Of a stretch of DNA of 13,722 bases, positions 1 to 8,700 are shown piece by piece (within the stretch, counting starts at the first letter, position 1; each line of letters starts with the position of its first letter). The notes below the pieces were generated by a model. It had not been told where the DNA came from. It made no database searches and worked only from the letters and a program-made list of their open reading frames with translations. The DNA comes from Candidatus Krumholzibacteriota bacterium (lineage in GTDB: Bacteria > Krumholzibacteriota > Krumholzibacteriia > LZORAL124-64-63). Location: NCBI GenBank assembly GCA_039714075.1, contig JBDLKA010000089.1, positions 1-13,722 of the forward strand. The letters are read 5' to 3'. The position numbers and the translations under genes are program-made.

Positions 1-474
1 GTCTTCGCGGCCAACATCATCCTGACGGCCATATCCCTGGCCGTTCTGCCCGACCAGGTCGCCATCCACTTCGCCGGCGGCGGCCGGCCCGATTCGTGGG
101 CCTCCAAGGAGTTCCACACCGCCATCTTCCTGGTGCTGGAAGTCCCCTTTTTCCTGATGTTCTACTACGCGGCGGTCCTGCCCCTGGGCGTCTCCCGGAA
201 GTTCCTGAACCTGCCCAACAAGGATTACTGGCTGCGGGAGGAAAACCTCGTGGCCCTGCAGCGGAAATTCGGTTACTACATGGCCGAGTTCGGGGTGGCC
301 ATTTTCACGTTTTTCTTCTGCATCACCCTGCTGACCATACAGGCGAATCTCAGCGAGCCGGTCATCCTGAACCACGTCTGGTTCATGGGTGTGTTCATAA
401 CCTTCATGATCTACACCCTGTGGTGGCTGGTCAGGCTGATCCAGGGTTTCCGGGTGCCGGAACCAACCTCCTGA
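1..474 (+). CDS. DUF1648-family membrane protein (5'-truncated by window edge)
   Basis: Frame 1 is open from base 1 and reads VFAANIILTAISLAVLPDQVAIHFAGGGRPDSWASKE, the LPxxVxxHF..GxPDxW pattern of DUF1648. It continues into LNLPNKDYW and further hydrophobic helices. Stop TGA at 472-474. Confidence 0.8.
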   Translation, partial: VFAANIILTAISLAVLPDQVAIHFAGGGRPDSWASKEFHTAIFLVLEVPFFLMFYYAAVLPLGVSRKFLNLPNKDYWLREENLVALQRKFGYYMAEFGVAIFTFFFCITLLTIQANLSEPVILNHVWFMGVFITFMIYTLWWLVRLIQGFRVPEPTS

Positions 475-533
475 TGGTGGACGAAAACCTTCGTTTGCTT
501 ACCTTGTCCCTGTAATCACGGGGGAGGTTGGCC

Positions 534-950
534 ATGACGGAATCCATTCATTTGATCCGCGTCAACGGCATACTCGGGAAAAGCGAATACGTTTGCCAGG
601 ACCTGGACCAGTCCGGCTCCAGGACCGAGGTGTCCCGCTATCCTTTTGATCCCCAGGCAGTTCCCACCGATCTGAACGACCTTCTCAACGAAGGGTTCGC
701 CCGCGGCAGAACGGACGTCATCCTAGACATGGGGAATATTCCCTGGATCAATTCGAAAGGGTTGGGCACCCTGGTCATGCTCTATCACGCGGTGAAGGAC
801 CAGGGCGGAATGCTGGTTCTTGCCCGGCCGGTGCCTGAGGTTGTCCGGTTGATGGAGACGACCCAGATGGACCAGATTTTCCAGGTATTCGAGTCGGTCA
901 ATGACGCTGGATCGTACCTGGGCTCCCTGGCGGAGTCCGGCCCGGATTGA
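534..950 (+). CDS. STAS-domain protein, anti-sigma factor antagonist (SpoIIAA/RsbV-like)
   Basis: VILDMGNIPWINSKGLGTLV...GGMLVLARPVPEVVRLMETTQMDQIFQVFESVNDA matches the STAS pattern and keeps the phospho-acceptor Ser. GGAGG at 523-527 favours ATG 534 over TTG 528. Confidence 0.85.
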   Translation: MTESIHLIRVNGILGKSEYVCQDLDQSGSRTEVSRYPFDPQAVPTDLNDLLNEGFARGRTDVILDMGNIPWINSKGLGTLVMLYHAVKDQGGMLVLARPVPEVVRLMETTQMDQIFQVFESVNDAGSYLGSLAESGPD

Positions 951-2273
951 TCACTCGCCATCCGGTTTGGGCAGCACCACTATCAATACGGCCATGCCGA
1001 GCACGGCCGCCAGCAGACTTGCGCCCAGCACACCCACCTTTGCGGTCTGAAGGACCGGTCCGCTCAACGCCAGGCCCGCAATGAACAGGGCCATGGTGAA
1101 TCCGATTCCCGACAGGAAACCCCCGCCGAGCAGCGCCGGCCAGGTTATACCCTCGGGCAGCGATTTGGTGACCAGTTTCACGGCCAGGAAGCTCATCAGC
1201 AGGATGCCCACCGGTTTGCCGACGACCAGCCCCGCCATGATGGCGATGGCCGCCGGTTCGCCGAAGTCCCCCACCGTGAACGGCACCCCGGCGTTGGCCA
1301 AGGCGAAGATGGGCATGATCAAAAAGCTGGTCCACGGATGAAGGGTGCCTTCGAGATATTCCAGGGGCGAGATGACTTCGCGCACCGAGTCGGTGAACCT
1401 GCGCACGGCATCGCTGCGGTGGTGCATGTTGACCCAGGCGCCGCCGTGGAGGGTTTCGTCGGCGCGCTGGAACATCTGGCTGATGGTGCTTTCGCCCAAG
1501 TAGCTGCGGGCGGGAGTCAGCAGGCCCATCAGTACGCCGGCGATGGTGGCGTGCACGCCCGATTCGTGGAAACCGAACCAGACCAGAACGCCCAGGATCA
1601 CGTAGATGCCGAAGCTGCGCACGCCCAGCCGGCCCAGGGCGTAGACCACGGCCAGGCCCCCGCAGGCCAGCAGCAGCGCGGTCGTATTCAGGGATTCGGT
1701 GTAGCCGACGGCGATGACCAGGATGGCCCCGATATCGTCGACGATGGCCAGCGAAAGCAGCATCACCCGCATGATGCGCGGCACACGGGGGCCGAGCACG
1801 GCCATGCAGCCGACCACGAAGGCGATGTCGGTGGCCATGGGAATGCCCCAGCCACGCGCGGCTTCGGTGCCGCCCTGCAGCAGGAGGTAGAGACCGGCGG
1901 GCACGACCATGCCACCGATGGCCGCGGCCACCGGCAGGGCCGCACGCTTGGGGTCGCGCAGTTCGCCGATGACCATTTCCCTTTTGACTTCCAGACCCAC
2001 CACGAAGAAGAAAATCGCCATCAACCCGTCGTTGATCCAGTGCTGCAGCGAGTGCATCATGGAAAAACCGCCGAAAGAGAAGCCCACTTTGGTCTTCCAG
2101 AGGGCGACGTACCAATCGCTCGCCGCGCTGTTGGCCAGGACCAGGGCGATGGCGGTGCAGATCAGCAGCAGCACGCCGCTGGCCGCCTCGACGTGGAGGA
2201 AGCGCTGCACCGGTTCGATCACTTTGTGGATGGGCTCGCGTGGCAGCAGGTCGTTCTGGGAATTCTGGGCCAT
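951..2273 (-). CDS. nhaA: Na+/H+ antiporter NhaA
   Basis: Motifs WINDGLMAIFFFVVGLEVKRE, GWGIPMATDIAF (D133 equivalent), LAIVDDIGAI (D163/D164 equivalents), SGVHATIAGV, GKPVGI (K300 equivalent) and GIGFTMALFI. 440 aa; GGGGGGA lies upstream on the minus strand. Confidence 0.97.
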   Translation of the reverse strand: MAQNSQNDLLPREPIHKVIEPVQRFLHVEAASGVLLLICTAIALVLANSAASDWYVALWKTKVGFSFGGFSMMHSLQHWINDGLMAIFFFVVGLEVKREMVIGELRDPKRAALPVAAAIGGMVVPAGLYLLLQGGTEAARGWGIPMATDIAFVVGCMAVLGPRVPRIMRVMLLSLAIVDDIGAILVIAVGYTESLNTTALLLACGGLAVVYALGRLGVRSFGIYVILGVLVWFGFHESGVHATIAGVLMGLLTPARSYLGESTISQMFQRADETLHGGAWVNMHHRSDAVRRFTDSVREVISPLEYLEGTLHPWTSFLIMPIFALANAGVPFTVGDFGEPAAIAIMAGLVVGKPVGILLMSFLAVKLVTKSLPEGITWPALLGGGFLSGIGFTMALFIAGLALSGPVLQTAKVGVLGASLLAAVLGMAVLIVVLPKPDGE

Positions 2274-2424
2274 GGATCTGTCATCCCCCCGTGGATAATG
2301 GTTGGTGTTCGGAAAATATTTTAGCTTGAGGCACTGATCGTGTAAACGGGAACACGGTCATGGGGTGTCCATTATGACACGAGGTGGGTGTTAGGAGATT
2401 GGTGGGGGGTAGAAAACGAGAATT

Positions 2425-2440
2425 GGTTGGGTACCCAACC
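2425..2440. promoter_or_regulatory. Perfect 16-bp palindrome, candidate operator in a divergent intergenic region
   Basis: GGTTGGGTACCCAACC is its own reverse complement and lies between the divergent nhaA (2273) and 2522 starts. Function is inferred only. Confidence 0.4.
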
Positions 2441-2521
2441 GGTTTTGGTTTTTTGCCCTCCCTCCTCTGCCTGGCCCGGATCCTGCACAAACCTGGGCAA
2501 CACGAATCAAGGGGGTTTGTC

Positions 2522-3238
2522 ATGTTCACGTTGCATAGGAATTTTCGGCTCATCGGTGTTTTGATTTTCATTCTTCTGCCTGCCGCCGCGCTTCCGGCGG
2601 CCGCCGGCGACGATCTTCCCGACCTCGGGCAGATCCTGGACCGCTACATCGAGGTCATGGGCGGCCGCAAGGCCATGGAAAAGCTGGAGACCCGCGTCAT
2701 TGTCGGCATGGAGATCGACGACCGGCCGTACAAGGGTCCGCCGGTGGAATCGAAGCTGGAGGTTTGGGCAAACGCTGCGGGCGACTGGACGATGTCCCTG
2801 CATGGTCCCGACAGTGAATGGCGCGAAGGGCGGTCCAGTGGCGAGAGCTGGATCAAAAAACCCGGCCAGGAAATCGAGACGCAGGAATACCGGAATACCA
2901 AACTGGCCTTCCTGTTCAATCCCCGGGGACCGCTGCAGGTGGAAAAATATTTCCCCAACCTGAAGCTGACCGGCACCTGGGACTACGACGGGGTCGAATA
3001 TTACAAGGTGGAGAACGACCTCAAGTTGGAATATTACACGCTGTACTTCGAGGTCGAGACGGGCATGCTGACGCGCATCGGCTACCACTGGAAACTTGAG
3101 GGCTTTCGTGAAATCGACGGCGTACTGGTTCCGGCCAAGGTGATGCAGGGACGCAAGGGCGGGTCGACCAACCTGTATTTCGACGATGTCGCCCACGGGG
3201 CGGATGTAGCCGAACACCTGCGGCCCGGTGGGAAATAA
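2522..3238 (+). CDS. Secreted/periplasmic hypothetical protein, possibly a LolA/lipoprotein-sorting-like beta fold
   Basis: ATG 2522 follows AAGGGGG. Signal peptide MFTLHRNFRLIGVLIFILLPAAALPAAA, then LPDLGQILDRYIEVMGGRKAMEKL, TLYFEVETGMLTR and FREIDGVLVPAKV, patterns I recall from this family of exported beta-rich proteins. The fold assignment is tentative. Confidence 0.7.
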   Translation: MFTLHRNFRLIGVLIFILLPAAALPAAAGDDLPDLGQILDRYIEVMGGRKAMEKLETRVIVGMEIDDRPYKGPPVESKLEVWANAAGDWTMSLHGPDSEWREGRSSGESWIKKPGQEIETQEYRNTKLAFLFNPRGPLQVEKYFPNLKLTGTWDYDGVEYYKVENDLKLEYYTLYFEVETGMLTRIGYHWKLEGFREIDGVLVPAKVMQGRKGGSTNLYFDDVAHGADVAEHLRPGGK

Positions 3239-3288
3239 CGGATTTTGGTGGTATCCTTATCTTGTGACCTTTTTGGAAGGAGCGGCAG

Positions 3289-3708
3289 ATGAATCGCCTG
3301 ACCCGGATGATTCCAGTCATCGCCATTGTCTGCGTGGCGGGCCTGGCGGCCTGCAACGATGAAGACCCCTTCGACGAAGACGCCGATCGCGCCCGTCTGG
3401 ACAAGATGGAGGCCGAGATCGACGAGCTGATCGGCGAAGCGAACTGCAAGGATTTCCAGGAATGCCGCTCGATCGCTTTCGGCGACAAGCCCTGCGGGGG
3501 ACCCTGGAAATACAAGATTTTCTCGAAGGCCTCGGTCGACTCGGTACGGCTGGCCGACATGGTCCGCGACTACAACAAGTTCAACGTAACGCTGAACCGG
3601 AGATACGGCTGGATGTCCGACTGCATGGTGGTTGTGCAGCCGGGTACCGATTGCCTGGACGGGCGCTGTGTCGCGGTGGAACCCGCGGGGGAACAAGCTC
3701 TTGAATAA
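3289..3708 (+). CDS. Cys-rich lipoprotein of unknown function
   Basis: Lipobox LAA-C at Cys22, with six further Cys including [12 protein letters not shown] and SDC...CLDGRC. AGGAG RBS upstream. Confidence 0.85.
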   Translation: MNRLTRMIPVIAIVCVAGLAACNDEDPFDEDADRARLDKMEAEIDELIGEANCKDFQECRSIAFGDKPCGGPWKYKIFSKASVDSVRLADMVRDYNKFNVTLNRRYGWMSDCMVVVQPGTDCLDGRCVAVEPAGEQALE

Positions 3709-4045
3709 GCGGGTCTATTCTTCCGAAGGCGGCCGGATGTGCCCCGAGTGCGGTCGTCCGGCCGCTGATTGCGTGTGCCGGAAAAAAAGCGCCGGCGCGC
3801 CTGCCGACGGCGTGGTGCGCGTGAGCCGCGAGACCAAGGGCCGCAAAGGCAAGGGCGTCACCGTGGTGACCGGGGTTCCGCTCGCGGGATTGGAACTGGC
3901 CGACCTGGCCAAACAGCTCAAGAGCCGCTGCGGCGCCGGCGGCACGGTGAAAAACGGGGTCATCGAGATCCAGGGCGACCACCGGGACAAGGTGGTGGCC
4001 GAACTCCAGCAGCGGGGCTGGAACGTCAAACGCTCCGGCGGTTAG
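3701..4045 (+). CDS. yciH: Translation initiation factor SUI1/eIF1 homolog YciH
   Basis: [31 protein letters not shown] and [30 protein letters not shown] are YciH hallmarks. TTG 3701 chosen because it keeps the conserved VYS motif and overlaps the upstream stop by 8 bp. Confidence 0.92.
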   Translation: MNKRVYSSEGGRMCPECGRPAADCVCRKKSAGAPADGVVRVSRETKGRKGKGVTVVTGVPLAGLELADLAKQLKSRCGAGGTVKNGVIEIQGDHRDKVVAELQQRGWNVKRSGG

Positions 4046-4335
4046 TCCGTTTTTTCCATCTGGAAAAGATCGAACACATCGACCAGGTCGTCGGCCACGG
4101 CTTTGTAGGCCTGCAGCTGAGGCGATTCCATGTGCGCCAGCCACTGCTCTTTGGTTTCCCAGTTCTCGAAAAACAGGAAATTGCCGGGATCCTCGAGGTC
4201 GCGGTGCATGTCGTACTGCAGGCAGCCGGCCTCGATCCGCGTGGGTGCGATCAGCTTGGTCAGCACGGTGGCCAGAGCGTCTTCCCGGCCGGGTTTGGCC
4301 TTGATGCGGGCAACGATGGTCAGGGGCTTGGACAT
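4042..4335 (-). CDS. Antibiotic biosynthesis monooxygenase (ABM) family, putative quinol monooxygenase
   Basis: [19 protein letters not shown]...[31 protein letters not shown]...AHMESP. GGGAG RBS precedes ATG 4335; 97 aa. Confidence 0.9.
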   Translation of the reverse strand: MSKPLTIVARIKAKPGREDALATVLTKLIAPTRIEAGCLQYDMHRDLEDPGNFLFFENWETKEQWLAHMESPQLQAYKAVADDLVDVFDLFQMEKTD

Positions 4336-4421
4336 GAAGTAGACTCCCAGGTGAAAGATGTTTGGATTCCCGACCCATTCTAACGGCCTGCTTGCCGTGA
4401 CGCCACCCCAGGAGAAGGAAC

Positions 4422-4787
4422 ATGCCCCGTTTGATCGAAGCACCGACCGTCATCGAAGCGGCGGGCACGAAGCCAAAACTTATCGAGGAATACGCCGGCC
4501 GGGTGAATTCCGGACACGACACCGTCAGCGTGGCCCGCATGAAATCTCCTTCCGGTTGGGTGGAACCGGGCCAGACTCCGGAGTTCGAGGAGATCACCGT
4601 CGTCCTGCACGGCATGCTGCGGGTGGAATACGAAGGTGGCGCCCTGGATGTGCGTGCGGGGCAGGCGGTCGTCTGCAGTCCGGGCGAGTGGGTCCGCTAC
4701 AGCAGCCCCGAGCCGGACGGAGCCGAGTACGTGGCGGTTTGTCTGCCGGCTTTTGCGCCCGACACCGTTCACCGGGACGAGGATTGA
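4422..4787 (+). CDS. Cupin-domain protein
   Basis: GWVEPGQTPEFEEITVVLHGMLRVE...VRAGQAVVCSPGEWVRYSSP...AEYVAVCLPAF gives the two cupin motifs. GGAGAAGGA lies upstream of the ATG. Confidence 0.88.
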   Translation: MPRLIEAPTVIEAAGTKPKLIEEYAGRVNSGHDTVSVARMKSPSGWVEPGQTPEFEEITVVLHGMLRVEYEGGALDVRAGQAVVCSPGEWVRYSSPEPDGAEYVAVCLPAFAPDTVHRDED

Positions 4788-4789
4788 AC

Positions 4790-5623
4790 GTGGGCGACTA
4801 CCGCGCTTCCCTGAACGATCACTACGGACAAACCGATCTGTGCGGCCGGATCCGGCAGGCCTGCGAACGGCTGGGGTTCACTCCCGAAGAGATGACCCGT
4901 GACGATCTGGCCAACCTGGACGAGATCCACATCCGGGGTCTGGAAGCCACGCGTGAACTAGGGCGGCAGGCGGGCTTGAAGGCCGGCCAACGAATCCTGG
5001 ACGTGGGCGCGGGCCTGGGCGGACCCGCTCGAACGCTGGCCGCCGAATTCGGGTGCCAAGTGGTGGGCCTGGAAATTGTCGCGGAATTCTGCCGCGCCGC
5101 CACCCTGCTGACCGAATGGGTGGGCCTGACCGATCAGGTTTCCTTCCAGGAAGGCGACATGCGGGCGATGCCCTTCGCGGGCGGGGAATTCGACGCGGTG
5201 GTTACCCAGCACACCATCATGAACGTGGAAGAAAAGGCCGCGCTTTTCACGGAGATCCGCCGCGTGTTGAAACCCGCCGGCGGGTTTTTACTCTACGAAG
5301 TGTGCGGCGAGGACGGCCATGCCCTGCACTATCCGGTGCCCTGGGCCGGCGGGCCGGAAATCAGCTTCCTGATCAACGCTGAAGAATTGCGCAAAATGAT
5401 CACCGCCGCCGGGTTCACCGAAAACCACTGGAGCGACGTAACGGCCAAGGCCCTGGACTGGTTCGACGGCCTGGCCTCGGGCATGCAAGCGGCCGCCCCC
5501 CGGCCCCGGGGCCCCAACGTGGGGGTCGTTCTGGGTCCCGACGCGGCCGAAAAATCCCGCAACCTACAGCGAAATCTCCGCGAGGGCCGCATCCAGGTGG
5601 TCCAGGGACTTTTTACCTGCTGA
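4790..5623 (+). CDS. Class I SAM-dependent methyltransferase
   Basis: Motif I ILDVGAGLGGPAR, plus GDMRAMPF, FDAVVTQH and EIRRVLKPAG; upstream DEIHIRG segment. GTG 4790 follows GAGG (4779-4782), 2 bp after the cupin stop. TTG 4784 is an alternative start. Confidence 0.9.
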   Translation: MGDYRASLNDHYGQTDLCGRIRQACERLGFTPEEMTRDDLANLDEIHIRGLEATRELGRQAGLKAGQRILDVGAGLGGPARTLAAEFGCQVVGLEIVAEFCRAATLLTEWVGLTDQVSFQEGDMRAMPFAGGEFDAVVTQHTIMNVEEKAALFTEIRRVLKPAGGFLLYEVCGEDGHALHYPVPWAGGPEISFLINAEELRKMITAAGFTENHWSDVTAKALDWFDGLASGMQAAAPRPRGPNVGVVLGPDAAEKSRNLQRNLREGRIQVVQGLFTC

Positions 5624-5712
5624 ATCCCTCCCCGTTAAACGGCTTGTCCGGAAAATCTCCCCATATCCGTAGTTAACCATACCGAATCCATCCTCTTTGA
5701 AAGGACACTGCC

Positions 5713-8700
5713 ATGCTCCGCAGGCAAAAGTTATTCTGTTTGGCAATCCTGGCTTTGGCCGCCGGTCTGGCGGCCGTGGACACTGCCCAGGCCCAGACCA
5801 TTTCCTATTATTCTTTCTACGACAAGGTCGGCTCCGGCCTGCAGACCGCCAAGTGGCGCGCGCTCCTGAGCGACACACAGCACGGGGGCATCACGGTTCA
5901 CATCGAAAGTCCCGATACGAATCTGGTCCTGGTCACCGCTGATGAAAACGTTCCCGGCGCCGCGTTTGCCGACGTATTCGTCCCCAACGGCGACAGTTTC
6001 GCCGAGTTCTACCTCCAGGCGTTGGAAGACACCACCGGGACGGTGGATGTGACGGCGAGTGCGCCGGGTTTCACGGACGCGGTCCGAGCGGTGGATGTGC
6101 TGGTGCCCTCATTGCACCTGGTGGGTTTGGTCACGACGATCGATCCTTTTGCTCCCGACGATGCCTTTTTTGTCTCGGTCGGTCTGGCCAACGCCGGAAA
6201 TACCAACCTCAGCGCCCATCAGAAAGTCCGGGTGGGCGGGCCGGGTCTGACGGCCACCTTCACTTCGAGTGACGTGGCGGTTGCCGAACTGGTGACCACC
6301 GCCCTGACCGCCCAGGTGGTTTCGGTGGCGATCGCGCCGGGGGAAAGCAACTCTCCGACTTCCGTGGCCGCCGGCGGAGTGGCCCTGGACGGATTGTCCG
6401 CCGGGACGGTGGATATCGATGCCGCCATACCCGGTTTCATTCCCACAACTTCCATTCCCAAAACCGTCACGGTGACCGCGCCGGTGGTCACCTGGACTTC
6501 CCTGCCGACCTCGATCGGCTCCGGTCTTCAGGTCAACACCCGGTACGTCCGGGTGTCCGGCTCCCAGCACGGCGGGGTGACGGTGCATGTGGCAGTGGGG
6601 GATTCCAACGCGATCCTGGTGGCCCCGGACGCGAATACGGTGGGCTCGAGTTCCATTGATCTCTTCATTCCGGACGGCCTGGCCTACGCCACGTTTTCGG
6701 TCCAGGTGCTGGAGGGCGTAACAGGCGATTTCGCGATCACCGGTGACGCTCCGGGCTTCGCCCAGGGATACACGACCGTGACCGCGGCGCCCCCGTTTTT
6801 CAGGTTCTCGGGCCTGGAAACCTCGATCGATACCCTGGATCCCGTCGATCCTTTCGTGATTTCCATCGGTCTACCCAATGGGTCGCTGACGGGCCTCAGC
6901 CAGTACCAGGATGCCCGGACCGGGGGGGCGGGCATTACCGCGACGGTGTTCAGTTCCGACGAGGCCGTCGGCCTGCTCGAGACCAGCACCACCCTGGACG
7001 ACACGGCCGTGGTCTACATCGCGCCCGGGGATTTCTCAAGTCCGAACAGCGTAGCGACCGGTGGCGTGGCCATGGACGGCATCGCCGTCGGAACCACCCA
7101 GGTCACCGCCTCGCTTCCCGGGTTCGCGCCTGTTACGACGGGCATCGTGGACGTTACGGTGACCCAGCCCTCGATTAATTTAATCTCTTTCCACACCACG
7201 ATCGGCGCGGGTCTGGAAACGGGCAAGAACTGGGTGAGTCTCGGGGCTTCCCAGCACGGAGGGGTGACCGTTCACATCGAATCCCTCAATCCCGCTCTGG
7301 TCCTGGTATCGAGTCATGCCGATTCCGTGGGAACGCCGTGGATCGACATTTTTGCCCCCAATGGAACCACCAGCCTCGGGTTCTGGATGCACGCGCTCGA
7401 AGACACCGTCGGAACGGCCACCATCCAGGCTACTTCGCCCCTGTTTCTTCCCGATTCGGACCCCACCAACGTGGTCAGGCCCGCGCTCAGGCTCAACGGT
7501 CTGAACCCTTCGGTCGACACGATCGATCCCGATGACGCTTTCTACGTTTCCATCGGTTATCCGAATCCCGGATTCACCTCCATCACGAATCAGGATGTCC
7601 GTCCCGGTTCGGCCGGTTTCGAGGTGGACCTGACCCTGGACGATCCGGTCGTGGGGCGGTTCGTCACCCTGGCCGACACCGGCGATTCGTTGACCCTGAC
7701 CATACCCGCCGGAGCGAATATCACCCCAGGTACGGTGGCCACGGGAGGCGTGGCGTTCGATGGCTTGAGCGCCGGGGTGACCCAGGTTGAAGTTTCGTCT
7801 CCCCGGGCCGACCAGATAACCACTTCCTTTAAAACAGTGACCGTGACCGCGCCGACCATCAGTTCCTCGATCACCAGCAAGGTGGGCGCGGGATTGCAAA
7901 TCAACGGGTACGCCCTCTTGAGCGCCACGAATCACGGGGGCGTAACGGTCAGCATTACCTCGAATGACCCGGCGCTCCTGTTGCTGGCGACGGGAAACCT
8001 GGATCCCGGCCAGGCCTCGATCAACGTATTTGTTCCCAATGGAACACCATCGGTCCCGTTCTGGGTCCAGGGCGTTGACGGCACGGTCGGGATGGCGGAT
8101 TTCCAGATCTCCGCCCCGCAGTTCGTCGCGACCGCGGATTCGATTGAAGTGGTGCAGCCGGGGGTGGAAATCGTATCCCTGGGCGCTACCATTGATGTCT
8201 CCGACGCTCCCGACCAGTTCTACGCCCGGGTCGGTGTTCCGGAGGTTGGCAATGCATCGGTCCAGGCGGGCTTCGAGCAGGAGCGCCGGGGCGGGGAGCC
8301 TCCGCTCGTGGTCACCTTGATCAGTTCGGCGGGTGCGGTGGCCGAGCTGGCGGCATCTCCCGCCAACGACGACACGGTCACCGTCCAGATCGTTTCCGGC
8401 AGCAAAACGAGCCCGATGACGATCGGGGCCGGGGGCACCGGGTTGATAGGCCTGTCCTCCGGTCAGACCATCGTCACCGCGGCGATCCCGGGTTTCATCC
8501 AGACCGGTGACGCCCAGGTGGTGGTCGACGTCACCAACCAGACCATCGCGCTCAACGGTTTGACGACCCGCCTGGGCGCGGGCCTGCAGTCCGAAGCGGT
8601 TTCGGCCGAACTGGGTGAGAGCGGCCACGGCGGCGTGACGGTCCATGTCGAGACGCCGGACTCCACGCTGGTGCTGATATCGACCAACGCGCTGGTGGCG

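Noticed and set aside
898..2324. Long alternative ORFs over nhaA (898..2115 -, 1338..2324 +)
   Set aside because: Off-frame or antisense shadows with biased composition; nhaA explains the region.
2384..2521. Upstream GTG start for the secreted protein
   Set aside because: It would bury the signal peptide; ATG 2522 has a purine-rich RBS.
2274..2521. Known riboswitch (nhaA-I/II, fluoride, c-di-GMP) upstream of nhaA
   Set aside because: I could not match the consensus elements by eye. Kept only as an unassigned leader candidate pending an Rfam search.
4358..4789. Apparent 421-aa methyltransferase with N-terminal extension
   Set aside because: The extension overlaps the cupin gene in another frame and is low-complexity Arg/Gly-rich. 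A GTG with RBS at 4790 is more plausible, and I saw no frameshift signal.
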